From a virus (lineage: Duplodnaviria; Caudoviricetes): a DNA stretch of 64,000 bases. The notes below the pieces were generated by a model that was not told the origin of the DNA, made no database searches, and saw only the letters and a program-made list of their open reading frames with translations. Positions 19,535-29,262 of this stretch are shown one piece after another; position 1 is the first letter of the stretch, and each line of letters opens with the position of its first letter. The stretch lies in the IMG/VR virus record IMGVR_UViG_3300046528_000065, positions 25,164 through 89,163 of that record, one strand, 5' to 3'. The translations under genes were made by a program, and so were the position numbers.

Positions 19535-19656
19535 TGTTGGGAATGCGTAGGCTGATACGCAAGTAAGCAACCGATGGTGACGTAGTGTATAAGCCGGTCG
19601 CTGCAAGGCTTGAACTGTTAATCGCACCATGCCGGAAATCAGCACCGGCCCCAACA
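19535..19656 (+). ncRNA. Structured ncRNA candidate with a kissing-loop pseudoknot
   Basis: Closing stem TGTTGGG/CCCAACA; hairpin loops GGCTGA and AAATCAGCA are complementary; central ATGGTG/CACCAT arm. Confidence 0.7.
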
Positions 19657-19837
19657 GCCATCCCCTAGAAGACGAGAGAGCATTTGCGGGCTTCTAGATA
19701 TGTTTGGCTATAGAGTATGCCCTCGACTCTTCCAGAACGGGCACGGCTTCTTACGAGGCCGCTTACGAAGACGCTCTCTGGCAGCTAAGTTGCCCTCCTC
19801 AACAAGGTTGTTTGGATCGAGCGTCTCCTTAAGCAAA

Positions 19838-19911
19838 GGCGGTCAGATGTTATGGTGGCATGCTAGTTTTGTAGTCTAGTCGTTAGAGTTCGATTCTCTA
19901 GATCGCCTCCA
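19838..19911 (+). tRNA. tRNA-Thr(UGU), atypical
   Basis: Acceptor GGCGGTC/GATCGCC, D stem ATGT/GCAT, anticodon loop TTTGTAG, T arm TAGAG-TTCGATT-CTCTA, encoded CCA; A8 and a U31-U39 mismatch are non-canonical. Confidence 0.7.
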
Positions 19912-20227
19912 CCAAATGCAAAAGCCGTCTTTCGACGGCCCTCACATAAAGCTGTTCCTCATAAGGCAGAGGTGGCTCAAAAGAAATCCTCCCAGCGCAC
20001 AATCGCTTTCCTTTCGTTGATTGTAGAGTGGTTTTCCAAGACGGGGCCAATTACGTCTCAGCAGCTTCATGTGCAGAATGCGCCTGCTGACGCAGGCTGT
20101 CAAGAAGAATGTTGTAAGTGAAGGCTCTACTACCTTAGAGATTGTTAGCGTTGCTGCTGACGAGGCTTCTGCGAGAGGCTAACGAGTTGGGCGGAATTCC
20201 CAGCCAATTAGATTACAAGGAGGAAAC

Positions 20228-20425
20228 ATGACATTTCACCATGACTGTGGTAAAGGTTCAAGGCCACGAGAGTACAGTGTGACGCAGGAAGAGTTTGGTA
20301 AGAAGTTTGATGCGATTGATTGGAGTAAGAAGGCTGAGGCTTTCATCATTGGCGAAGACGTACCACCGATGACCCAGGAGAAGATTGACGAGCTTAATGC
20401 TGTGCTGGATGAATACGAAGAGTAG
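20228..20425 (+). CDS. Small conserved-type phage protein (GKGSRPR motif)
   Basis: SD AGGAGG; CGKGSRPR...FDAIDW. Confidence 0.7.
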   Translation: MTFHHDCGKGSRPREYSVTQEEFGKKFDAIDWSKKAEAFIIGEDVPPMTQEKIDELNAVLDEYEE

Positions 20426-20438
20426 TCATAAGAATACT

Positions 20439-20614
20439 GGTTGTAGCAGCATCGTCGGAAGTCACTAAGGCCGCCGTGGGCTGACGCTAATACACGTAAC
20501 AGATTTGCCCGAGGGACAAGCTCCAATGGGCGAGCGCTGCTTCGGCAGCAATGAGGAGAGGGTGCCTGGATGGGCACTGAAGGGGTCGGGAAGGAAGGTG
20601 CTGCGACTCCACCA
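20439..20614 (+). ncRNA. Multibranched ncRNA candidate ending in ACCA
   Basis: Terminal stem GTTGTAGCA/TGCTGCGAC, internal hairpins GCTGC-TTCG-GCAGC and GTGCC/GGCAC, followed by a terminator. Confidence 0.55.
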
Positions 20615-20622
20615 ATTTTATG

Positions 20623-20656
20623 AGGCTGCACGGCAGGGATGCTGTGTGGCTTTTTG
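20623..20656 (+). terminator. Intrinsic terminator of the RNA island
   Basis: GCTGCACGGCA/TGCTGTGTGGC stem plus TTTTT. Confidence 0.7.
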
Positions 20657-20746
20657 TTGTTTTCGTGGCGAACGGACTGATCCTCCTTCTAGGGCTGTAC
20701 TCCCTGGATAGCCACACTATTTTAACTCAGTACAGGAGTAAACACA

Positions 20747-21868
20747 ATGGCTGTCATTGAAGTTGGTAAGAAATTTGGGAAGCTCGAGGTTGTAGAGAAG
20801 GACGGTTTTTGCAAAGCAGTCTGTTCGTGCGAGTGCGGCACTACGAAGGATTACACATATCACTCTCTGGTCTACGGCGGCAACACATGCTGTGGGTGTA
20901 CTCATACAGGCAGAGCTGGCGTCAAGAAGAGTAATAGCCAAGCTATTAGGCTCTCGAAAGAGCTGCATGGCGAAGGCACTTATGGTTACAGCCGGTTCGT
21001 CTACACGCACGGTAAGGCCAAGGTTGAACTATTCTGTAATAAACACCAAGAGTACTTTTCAATCTCTGCAACACAACATCTAAGTCGAACGAGGAAGGGC
21101 GGCTGTCAGAAGTGTGCTGTTGGGCGCAGGGCAGACTTTCATCGGAGTAGTTTAGAAGACTTCGTTACAAAGTCCAAGACTGCACAAGAGTCTCTTGGAA
21201 GGTCTTTCGACTACTCCCGTGTCAAGTACGAGACAGCAAGAATTAAGGTAGAGATTGGGTGTAATGCCTGTGGTACATGGTTCTGGCAGACACCTCACAG
21301 CCACTCCATCGGCAAGGGCTGCACCAACTGCAAGAATATAAAGCTTGCCAGCGACCGTAAACACACGAAAGAACAGTTTGTAGATGAGGCCAGAAAAGTT
21401 GTTGGTGATAGGTATTGCTTCGACCTTGTGGAATATAAAAACGCGAGGACTTACGTGAATGTTATCTGCAATGACTGTGGAGAAACTTTCAAAAAGAAGC
21501 CGATGGAAATTCTAAACGGGCACGGTTGCAGGTGCCACGCTGTACCGTGTGGGTACAAGAGCGCTGAACCTGGAAATCTGTACGTGCTAACTTGTGAAGG
21601 TATGACCAAAGTGGGCATTACTAATCTTAACCCACACGACCGTGCAAAAACCGTCAGCAAATCATTTGGTAAAGACTTTGTAGTGCTCACGTATTTCACA
21701 ATGGATGGGCAGGAGTGCACGGACCTCGAAACAACGCTATTACAGGAGCTCAGGAATGAATATGAGAGTCCTAGTGAGAAGTTCGACGGATACACTGAAA
21801 CATTTTATTTCGTAGATAGACCCAAGTTGATCTGTCGAATTAAGGAGATACTGAATGACTCAAAATAA
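20747..21868 (+). CDS. Putative homing endonuclease: Cys/His zinc-ribbon repeats plus C-terminal GIY-YIG (T5orf172-like) domain
   Basis: Repeated (F/Y)DYS.V.Y....KV.I.C..C/H...F...P..H..G.GC..C; NLYVLTCEGMTKVGIT...FDGYTETF. Confidence 0.75.
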   Translation: MAVIEVGKKFGKLEVVEKDGFCKAVCSCECGTTKDYTYHSLVYGGNTCCGCTHTGRAGVKKSNSQAIRLSKELHGEGTYGYSRFVYTHGKAKVELFCNKHQEYFSISATQHLSRTRKGGCQKCAVGRRADFHRSSLEDFVTKSKTAQESLGRSFDYSRVKYETARIKVEIGCNACGTWFWQTPHSHSIGKGCTNCKNIKLASDRKHTKEQFVDEARKVVGDRYCFDLVEYKNARTYVNVICNDCGETFKKKPMEILNGHGCRCHAVPCGYKSAEPGNLYVLTCEGMTKVGITNLNPHDRAKTVSKSFGKDFVVLTYFTMDGQECTDLETTLLQELRNEYESPSEKFDGYTETFYFVDRPKLICRIKEILNDSK

Positions 21869-23315
21869 AAAAGAAAAAAAGGTCATTGGACCCAAGAGCG
21901 AAAAGCAACGAATGATCCTTCAGGATAATAGCACGGATGTGCTATTATGTGGCGGGGGTGCCGGGGGCTCGAAAAGTTATACTTGCCTTTTGAAGGCACT
22001 CAAGTATGTCCAAGACCCTGCCGCACGCGTTTTGATCGTGAGGGAATCTTATCCCGTTTTAAAATTACCGGGCGGCCTCGTGGACGAATCCCAACGGATA
22101 TACAGGGAGTTCGGTGCGGAATTTAAGATTCAGGCTTTAACCTGGGTTTTTAAAAACGGGGCTGAAATCAAGTTTTCCGCGATTCCACAGAACATTGAAG
22201 AGTGGCAGGGATTACAGGCTAGTCACATTTTAGTTGACGAAGCGGCAAGTCAGACAGAGCACGTTATCCTCTTCTTGCTGAGCCGCCTCCGCAGCGGATC
22301 GTATAAAGGTCATATGAATTTGACCATGACATGCAACCCGGATAGGAATAGTTTTCTGTATAACTGGCTTTGTGATTACTGCTTGGACCCAGAGACAGGT
22401 ATTCCCGTGGAGGGGACTGAAGATATTGTCAGGTACTTCGTCAGTATTGATGGCGTTCTTAAGTGGGGAAACTCTAAGCAAGAATTGTACGATAAATACG
22501 GACAAGGGACGACTCTCGGAAAAGATTTTTTGCCAAAATCGTTTAAATTTATTCCCCTCACCGTTTATGATAATCCGACGCTCCTAAAGAACAATCCAGA
22601 TTATCTGGCGAACCTAATGGCACAGCCGCGAGTCAACCAACAAAGATACCTCCACGGTAGTTGGACTGCTCGCCCTAGTACAAGCTCTTATTTTTCTAGA
22701 AGCTGGGTTGAATTCATCGATGCAGCACCTACAGAAGATATTGTGGGGAGAGTGCGAAGCTACGATATCGCGGCAACAGAAAAATCTGAGCAAAATAAAG
22801 ACCCCGACTACACAGCAGGCGTGAAAGTCTCGCGGGATAAGCAGGGTGTGTACTATATTGAACACGCTAGGCGTTACCGTAAGAAGCCAGATGGTGTTTT
22901 GAAGGAGATTATCGCTACTGCAAAAGAAGATGGCCTAGACGTACCTGTAACGATCCCTCGTGATCCTGGGGCGGGCGGGGTTATCGCAAATCGATTCTTC
23001 GTATCGACCCTTACAGAGGCTGGTGTCACAGTCAAGTCCATCCAAACTTCGGGACACACCAGTAAGGTGAATGGATTCTTGCCATTCAGTGCATTGGCTG
23101 AGGCCGGTATGGTGAAGGTAGTGCGGGACACACCGAATGACAGGTATTTGGATGACATGTTGATGGAGATGGAGTACTTCACCGGAGGCCGGAACGAGCA
23201 CAATGACTTTTGTGACGCAATTTCAGCGGCGTTCTCTACGTTGATGAAACAGAACACAATCCCAACCTTCTCCATCCCAACCTTCACAACATCATCACCA
23301 ATCCCCTCCCTATAA
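21855..23315 (+). CDS. terL: Terminase large subunit
   Basis: Walker A GGGAGGSKS, Walker B ILVDEAA, TCNPD, nuclease acidic residues YDIAAT...DPDYTA...HNDFCDA. Confidence 0.95.
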   Translation: MTQNKKEKKVIGPKSEKQRMILQDNSTDVLLCGGGAGGSKSYTCLLKALKYVQDPAARVLIVRESYPVLKLPGGLVDESQRIYREFGAEFKIQALTWVFKNGAEIKFSAIPQNIEEWQGLQASHILVDEAASQTEHVILFLLSRLRSGSYKGHMNLTMTCNPDRNSFLYNWLCDYCLDPETGIPVEGTEDIVRYFVSIDGVLKWGNSKQELYDKYGQGTTLGKDFLPKSFKFIPLTVYDNPTLLKNNPDYLANLMAQPRVNQQRYLHGSWTARPSTSSYFSRSWVEFIDAAPTEDIVGRVRSYDIAATEKSEQNKDPDYTAGVKVSRDKQGVYYIEHARRYRKKPDGVLKEIIATAKEDGLDVPVTIPRDPGAGGVIANRFFVSTLTEAGVTVKSIQTSGHTSKVNGFLPFSALAEAGMVKVVRDTPNDRYLDDMLMEMEYFTGGRNEHNDFCDAISAAFSTLMKQNTIPTFSIPTFTTSSPIPSL

Positions 23316-23346
23316 TAACACCCTTACGCTGTCTTGTGTCACTAAT

Positions 23347-23374
23347 TTGACATAGAACATTCTTATGATACAAT
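23347..23374 (+). promoter_or_regulatory. Late-type promoter upstream of portal
   Basis: TTGACA-N7-TTCTTA-TGA-TACAAT (16-bp spacer). Confidence 0.65.
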
Positions 23375-23401
23375 TCAGCCTAACGAACAAAAGGAGCACT
23401 A

Positions 23402-24883
23402 ATGGCAGCTAAAAAGAAGCCTAAAGATTCCACGGCGGCTTTGGCTGCTGACGAAGGTGCTGTAATCCCTCGCCTAGCATTAGGCGAAATGGGCTTCCCC
23501 GGCCTTAAAAATTACAACGGGCGCATTGCAGAAGAGGTTAATGCAGCCTTCCAGTTCCCCCGCTTCTTCTGCACGATTGAAGAGATGCGCCGTACAGCGA
23601 TTATTGCATCTGCACTCGGCGCATACAAGTTCCTCATCTCCAGCGTGCAATGGCCTGTGGTGCCGCCTGTGGGCGCGACTGACGAGCAGATTGCTCGTGC
23701 AAAATACGTAGAGTCCCTCAAAGACGATATGGAAATTAGCTGGGACGACTTCATTGCTGATACGTTTGAGTATATCCCATACGGTCACAGTGTACAAGAA
23801 AAAGTTTGGCGTCGTAGACTGCTTAAGAACGGTTCACGCTTCAATGACGGCAAGGTGGGCCTACGAAAGCTATCTCCACGTGCGCAAGAGACACTCACCA
23901 AGTGGGAATTCTCAGAAGACGGGCGTGACCTCCTGGCAGTGTATCAGTCGCTGTCTCGTATGCAGAACGGCCACCTGTACACCAACAATGCAATCGACGG
24001 AATGATCCGTATCCCCCGTGAGAAGTTCCTGCTCTTTACAGCAGACTCCACCCGTGGAAACCCTCTCGGTAACTCTATCCTCAAAGGCGTTTATCTGGCT
24101 TACAAGCAGATGTCGATGCTAAAGGATACCGAAATTCTTGGCATTGCAAAGGAGGCGGCAGGACTCCCACTTATCCGCATCCCTGCAAAGTACATGGCGG
24201 CTGATGCCAGCGACGAGGACAAGCAAGTTTATGAAGCTTGCAAACTAATCCTCAAGAACCTGTCGAACGGAACGAGTGAGGGTATCGTATTCCCTACCGC
24301 GATTGACCAGGACTCTAAGAAAGATATGTTTGACATCTCCCTCCTCGAAAAGAAGGGTGTGAATGGTGCAAACATCGATGTGGTCATACGCCGCTACCAA
24401 GACGAAATTTTATCTGCACTGTCTGTAGACATTCTCAAAGCTGGTAGCAACATTGGCAGCTTCTCTTTCGCAGACGGAGACACTAACGTTCTAGCACTGG
24501 CTATTCGACACAGACTGAATGAAATCGCCAACGTTTTGAATAATGATCTTATCCCTTCGATCTTTAAAATGAATGGTTGGACTGACGAGATTCTTCCTCG
24601 CTTCGTCCCATCAGACATCTCTAAGCAGAGCCTCGATGAACTCGGAAAGTTTATTCAGCGCACGGCAAGTGTTGGCCTCGTGGAAGTTAGCCGAAACGTT
24701 CTTAACAAAGTTAATGACGCTCTTGGTGTTCCTCTTGAACCTTCTGATAAGCCTGTTGATAAAGAGAACCTCTCTATGGCTACCTCGAACGGTGGCGAAG
24801 GTATGAAAACTGCCGGGGAAGGGACTGCCAAGAAACCGGGTGCGAAAGACTCCAGCACGCAAAATTCAGAAAATGCTTCGTAA
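23402..24883 (+). CDS. Portal protein
   Basis: Follows terL, 493 aa, YGHSVQEKVW and GNPLGNSILKGVY motifs. Confidence 0.9.
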   Translation: MAAKKKPKDSTAALAADEGAVIPRLALGEMGFPGLKNYNGRIAEEVNAAFQFPRFFCTIEEMRRTAIIASALGAYKFLISSVQWPVVPPVGATDEQIARAKYVESLKDDMEISWDDFIADTFEYIPYGHSVQEKVWRRRLLKNGSRFNDGKVGLRKLSPRAQETLTKWEFSEDGRDLLAVYQSLSRMQNGHLYTNNAIDGMIRIPREKFLLFTADSTRGNPLGNSILKGVYLAYKQMSMLKDTEILGIAKEAAGLPLIRIPAKYMAADASDEDKQVYEACKLILKNLSNGTSEGIVFPTAIDQDSKKDMFDISLLEKKGVNGANIDVVIRRYQDEILSALSVDILKAGSNIGSFSFADGDTNVLALAIRHRLNEIANVLNNDLIPSIFKMNGWTDEILPRFVPSDISKQSLDELGKFIQRTASVGLVEVSRNVLNKVNDALGVPLEPSDKPVDKENLSMATSNGGEGMKTAGEGTAKKPGAKDSSTQNSENAS

Positions 24884-24891
24884 GGAACAGA

Positions 24892-25740
24892 ATGATCTTC
24901 CAGAATAAAATTCTACGTTTGACAGAAGACATTCTGTCCCGCCCTCAACTAATCACACCTGAAGCCTATTCGGTTATTACAGACTACCTGTACAGCCGTA
25001 ACGATGGGCTTCTAATCAAACCTGAGCTTAGCACTGATGGCAACGGTAGGCAAGCGAATTATGACGTTAAAGCGGGCGTAGGTGTTATCGACATCGCTGG
25101 CTCGCTGTCTGCTAAGCCTGTACAGACACTCTGCGGCGAAGTAGGTACGTCCTACCAAGCCGTCTTGGATCAAACCGAAGAGATGCTTGCTGCCGGAATC
25201 AAGACGATTGTTATGAACGTCAGTTCTGGGGGCGGCGAAGCCTACAACTGTTTTTATTCCGTGCAAGCCTTCCGCAACATGGTGGATGAAGCTGGAGCAA
25301 CAGTGTATGGCTTTGCTGACGGTATTGCTGCCAGTGCTGCGTATGCATGGTTCTGCGCTTGCGATGAAGCCTACGCCCACCCTGACGCTGAGACTGGCTC
25401 GATTGGTGTTGTGTGCGCGATTATGGATAACAGCAAGCAATTGGAACAGAACGGCCTGAAACGTATCTACGTGCACGCTGGTGAATCCAAAGTACCTTAT
25501 GCAGCCGATGGCAGTATTCGCCCTGAGTTCATCGCTGACCTCCAATACAAGATTGACTCGCTCTACGAAAACTTTGTGGCTCACGTTGAAACCTACACAG
25601 GTTTATCCGCTGATGCAATCAAAGCTACTGAGGCTAAAACATTCCTGTCCAAAGACGCCGTTAAGCTTGGTCTTATCGATGGCATCTTCACTGAACAAGA
25701 ATTCCAAGACTACGTGTCCACGAAACTAAAAGGAGCTTAA
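24892..25740 (+). CDS. Prohead maturation protease (S49/SppA family)
   Basis: VSSGGGEA, AASAAY, TGSIGVV, KVPY. Confidence 0.9.
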   Translation: MIFQNKILRLTEDILSRPQLITPEAYSVITDYLYSRNDGLLIKPELSTDGNGRQANYDVKAGVGVIDIAGSLSAKPVQTLCGEVGTSYQAVLDQTEEMLAAGIKTIVMNVSSGGGEAYNCFYSVQAFRNMVDEAGATVYGFADGIAASAAYAWFCACDEAYAHPDAETGSIGVVCAIMDNSKQLEQNGLKRIYVHAGESKVPYAADGSIRPEFIADLQYKIDSLYENFVAHVETYTGLSADAIKATEAKTFLSKDAVKLGLIDGIFTEQEFQDYVSTKLKGA

Positions 25741-26250
25741 ATGCTTAATGGATTGAAAAAGAAGTTGGGCATTGTGTCCGACAACAACCAAGAGGAGAAA
25801 GTCGAAATGACTGAAACCAATCAGGCAGAAATGTCTGTCATCACAGCAGAACTGACTGAACTGAAAGCAACCTTTGCTCAGGTTTCGGCAACTCTGGCTG
25901 ACACTCAAGCGCAATTGGAAGCTGCTACTACTGCACTCGCTTCTGTTGCTGCGGAAAAGGAAGCTGTTGAGGCGGCTGCGAAGCAAGCCAAGATGGATGC
26001 TCGTATGACCAAGCTGGTCAGTGCTGTTGGCGATGAACGCGCTGTTGCACTGATGGCTGCAACTGAACAACTGGACGATGCTGCTTTTGATGCTGTTGCC
26101 ACTGCTGTGACGGTGAATATGGATAAAGAAGCTGAGTCGGAGATGTTTTCGGAGGCAGGAGTTGACGCTCAAGCTGCGCCGGTTGTTGAAAAAGATGCTG
26201 TATCCCGACTGGCAGAAAACATTGCTGCCCAATTCAATCTTAAGAAATAA
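25741..26250 (+). CDS. Capsid scaffolding protein
   Basis: Ala/Glu-rich coiled coil between protease and decoration genes. Confidence 0.7.
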   Translation: MLNGLKKKLGIVSDNNQEEKVEMTETNQAEMSVITAELTELKATFAQVSATLADTQAQLEAATTALASVAAEKEAVEAAAKQAKMDARMTKLVSAVGDERAVALMAATEQLDDAAFDAVATAVTVNMDKEAESEMFSEAGVDAQAAPVVEKDAVSRLAENIAAQFNLKK

Positions 26251-26261
26251 AGGAAATACAA

Positions 26262-26678
26262 ATGGCTGTGATTATGAATGACACCCAACGCTACTCGAAT
26301 GTTGTGAAACGTGAGCAGGGTGCAGAGTATGGCTACTGCAAGCAAGTTGTCACCCTGAATGGCCCTGCCGCTACCCTGCCTATCGGCACCGTGCTGGGCA
26401 AGGTTACTGCAACCGGCAAGTATAAAGTTGTTGAGGCTTCGGCAAACGATGGTTCGCAAGTGGCTGTTGCTGTTCTGGTCGGTGATTCGATGGGCCATCC
26501 CCTGTCGGTCGCACTGCCTGCAACCACCGATACTAAGGTTCTGGTTATCTACCGTGGCCCAGTCGCTGTCGCTGATGCAGCACTGACCTTCGGTGCGAGT
26601 GTCACTCCTGGTGCACTGACTCAAGCAGCTTACGCTCAACTGGCTGCTGTCGGTATCGACGTGCTGACCCAAATCTAA
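26262..26678 (+). CDS. Head decoration protein
   Basis: IGTVLGKVTATGKYK...DGSQVAVAVL; immediately upstream of MCP. Confidence 0.85.
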   Translation: MAVIMNDTQRYSNVVKREQGAEYGYCKQVVTLNGPAATLPIGTVLGKVTATGKYKVVEASANDGSQVAVAVLVGDSMGHPLSVALPATTDTKVLVIYRGPVAVADAALTFGASVTPGALTQAAYAQLAAVGIDVLTQI

Positions 26679-26702
26679 TTAACAAGTTTAAAGGAAATAA
26701 CA

Positions 26703-27737
26703 ATGCTGGTTCGTAGCCCACTTAATAATTACGATGTTGTAGACCTCACCGCAGCAGTTCGTAACATCCCCATCCAGTATGGTACTTTCAACCAGATGGG
26801 TATTTTCACGGAAGAAGGCGTCGCTGCTGACACCGTGATGTTTGAAGAAACCACTCAAGACGGTGCACTGGTTGTTGACCGTGTTCGTGGTGAGAAAAAC
26901 AGCGTCAGCAAAGACGGCAAGCGCAAGGCACACACCTTTGCTATTCCGCACTTCCCGCTGGATGACCATATCTCGCCTAAAGACCTGCAATCTAAATCGG
27001 CTTATGACAACTTCAACGAAGTTGAGCAACTGGATGCAGTGCGTCAGCGTAAGCTGGTTCGTATGCGCCAGAACCACGATTGGACCCTGAACAAAGCACG
27101 TGCACAGGCACTGTTCCAAGGCACCGCCTATGCGCCGAACGGTACGATTTTCCAAGACTGGAACACAGAGTTCAACGTCACACGCACCGAAGTTGACTTC
27201 GCTCTGGGCACCGCTGGCACCGAAGTGCTGGCTAAGATTGAACTGGTCATCCAGGCTGTGCATGACGGTATGGGCGGTAATGGTGTGTTCTCGGGCATCA
27301 TCGTCCCTTGCGACACCGGCTTCTTCAACAAGCTGATTACCCACGCTTCGGTGAAAGCTGCCTGGACCTACGCTCAAGCTAACTCGGCAGGCAACGACCC
27401 TATCCGTGGCCGTCTGGCTGCTAATGGTTCGCCTATGCCTAACGGTCGGGAGTTCTTCTTCGGCGGCGTCCTGTTCCGTGAAGTGCGTGACTCGTACAAC
27501 GGCACCAAGATTGTTACCACCAACGAAGGCGTCGCTGTCCCACAAGGCTCGGACATGTTCCGTACCTACTTTGCCCCTGCTGAGCGTTTTGGTCTGGTGA
27601 ACACTCAAGGTGAGAAGATGTACGCTTTTGAACAAGCTGCACCTAACGGCACCAAGATTGAAATCGAAACAGAGTCGAACTTCATCAACGCTGTGCTGCG
27701 CCCTCAGTCGGTCATCCGTACCTTCTCGTCTAACTAA
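26703..27737 (+). CDS. Major capsid protein (lambda gpE-like family)
   Basis: 344 aa; IPHFPLDDHI and IETESNFINAVLRP motifs; followed by a terminator. Confidence 0.92.
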   Translation: MLVRSPLNNYDVVDLTAAVRNIPIQYGTFNQMGIFTEEGVAADTVMFEETTQDGALVVDRVRGEKNSVSKDGKRKAHTFAIPHFPLDDHISPKDLQSKSAYDNFNEVEQLDAVRQRKLVRMRQNHDWTLNKARAQALFQGTAYAPNGTIFQDWNTEFNVTRTEVDFALGTAGTEVLAKIELVIQAVHDGMGGNGVFSGIIVPCDTGFFNKLITHASVKAAWTYAQANSAGNDPIRGRLAANGSPMPNGREFFFGGVLFREVRDSYNGTKIVTTNEGVAVPQGSDMFRTYFAPAERFGLVNTQGEKMYAFEQAAPNGTKIEIETESNFINAVLRPQSVIRTFSSN

Positions 27738-27754
27738 TCTAAGTTAGTCACTGA

Positions 27755-27780
27755 AACGCCTTCTTTGAGGGCGTTTTGTT
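27755..27780 (+). terminator. Terminator after MCP
   Basis: aaacgcc/ggcgttt hairpin plus T-run. Confidence 0.65.
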
Positions 27781-27800
27781 GATTCTACTTAGGAGAACTT

Positions 27801-28805
27801 ATGGCTATGCTCAACCTTGACGACCCGGTTTGCCTATTACGCTTACGCACGGGCGACACACGGGACTTGCCAATTTTACCAGATGCTGTGTACCAGAACG
27901 CTCTTACCGAGAAAAAGGGCAACATGAAAGCCGCAGCAATCTTGTGCGGGCAGTACATCCTTGCCACTCTAGCGTTCGATGGGCAACAACAACTCGGAAT
28001 TATTACTATCTACGGACAACATGTCTTTGCCCAGTACCAGTCTTACCTGATGATGTTGGTCAAAGACCCTGACTTCAACCAAGTCAGCCCAATCCCTTAC
28101 GCGGGCGAGAACGGCACAAACTCAATCCTTGAATTCAAGCAGTGTTGGGATAAGCATCAAAAGTGCTGCTACAACCCAACCTACGACGGATGGGAATTCG
28201 TATGAACGCCTTTGATCGTGTAGTGGCATCCATGATGCGCCAACACGGCACCCTAGCATTCATCTCCGTAGCCCTAGGCGAATCCTACGACACGAATACA
28301 TCAGAGAACACTGTACGCTACCAAGACTACCCTGTCAACGCAATGTTCTTCGATTACATTCGTAAGAATGAAGGCCTGACTAGCGAGAACAACACGCTTA
28401 TCCAATCTGGCGACAAGCAAGTGTACGTACAGCCTCCGCAGAAGAATGCCAGTGACCCTTACAGCCTGCCACACATTCTGCCCAATAAAGACTTCCTGAA
28501 GCTGAATGGACGCCTCTACAAAATCGTAGCACTGAAGCAGCTTAACCCTTCTATGTCTAACGAAGGCTGTGTGCTCTACGAACTTTACATTCGAGAGTGA
28601 CATGGACGAGCCAATTAGCAAGAAGTTAAAAGATTGGCTAGATGGTGTAAGAATCAACGCAAAGCCACCGAATGAAATTGTTGTGATTAGTGGTGCTGGC
28701 AACATTGTGTTGTGGGCAGATGAAATTGTAGGTAAATCGGATGAAGAACTCTACGAGTTTATCCAGAGCCGATTGCAACAAAATTTAAACGACAAAACAA
28801 ACTAA
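27801..28805 (+). CDS. Head completion genes: 27801-28205 (adaptor-like), 28202-28600 (closure-like), 28602-28805 (hypothetical)
   Basis: Position after MCP; LRLRTGD and IQSGDKQVYV motifs. Confidence 0.65.
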
Positions 28806-28814
28806 AGGAATAAT

Positions 28815-29258
28815 ATGGGTAAGAGCGACGCGTGGGAAACAAATCTTCTGAAACTGGTGTTCAACAATGTTGCAGCCGCTGGTATCGGTGATACGAACGG
28901 TGTGCTGCCAAGCGCAGCAGCAGGTAATCTCTACCTGTCCCTGCATACCGGCGATCCTGGTGATACCGGTAATCAATCGTCCAGCGAAACTACTTACACT
29001 GGCTACGCTCGTGTAGCTGTGGCCCGTAGCTCGGCAGGCTTCAATGTCACTGGTAATAGCGTGAACCTCGTCACCAATGCCGACTTCGGCACTTGCACGG
29101 CTAATCCTGGTGCAGCTCTCACCTACTTCGCAGTGGGCACACTGGCTTCCGGCGCTGGACAAATCCTGTACAGCGGCCCTCTGAGTTCTTCGATCCCTAT
29201 TGCTGCCAACATTGCTCCGCGCATCACCACCGCAGCTAACATGATTACTGAGGACTGA
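28815..29258 (+). CDS. Virion structural protein
   Basis: LYLSLHTGDPG..G....E..Y.GYARVAV motif common in phage virion proteins. Confidence 0.7.
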   Translation: MGKSDAWETNLLKLVFNNVAAAGIGDTNGVLPSAAAGNLYLSLHTGDPGDTGNQSSSETTYTGYARVAVARSSAGFNVTGNSVNLVTNADFGTCTANPGAALTYFAVGTLASGAGQILYSGPLSSSIPIAANIAPRITTAANMITED

Positions 29259-29262
29259 TTAT

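Noticed and set aside
20155-20190. Hammerhead ribozyme suggested by CTGACGAG
   Set aside because: No downstream GAAA core or stem II/III arrangement.
20575-20614. tmRNA or SRP RNA suggested by TCCACCA and GGAAGGAAG
   Set aside because: No T arm or tag reading frame, and the SRP helix-8 pairing is broken; retained only as an unknown ncRNA.
21855-23315. Intron or intein in terL (and in nrdJ)
   Set aside because: Both ORFs are continuous and of normal length with all motifs in order.
26688-27635. Long antisense ORFs across capsid, TMP and fibre genes
   Set aside because: Explained by codon bias of the highly expressed sense genes; no SD sequences or motifs.
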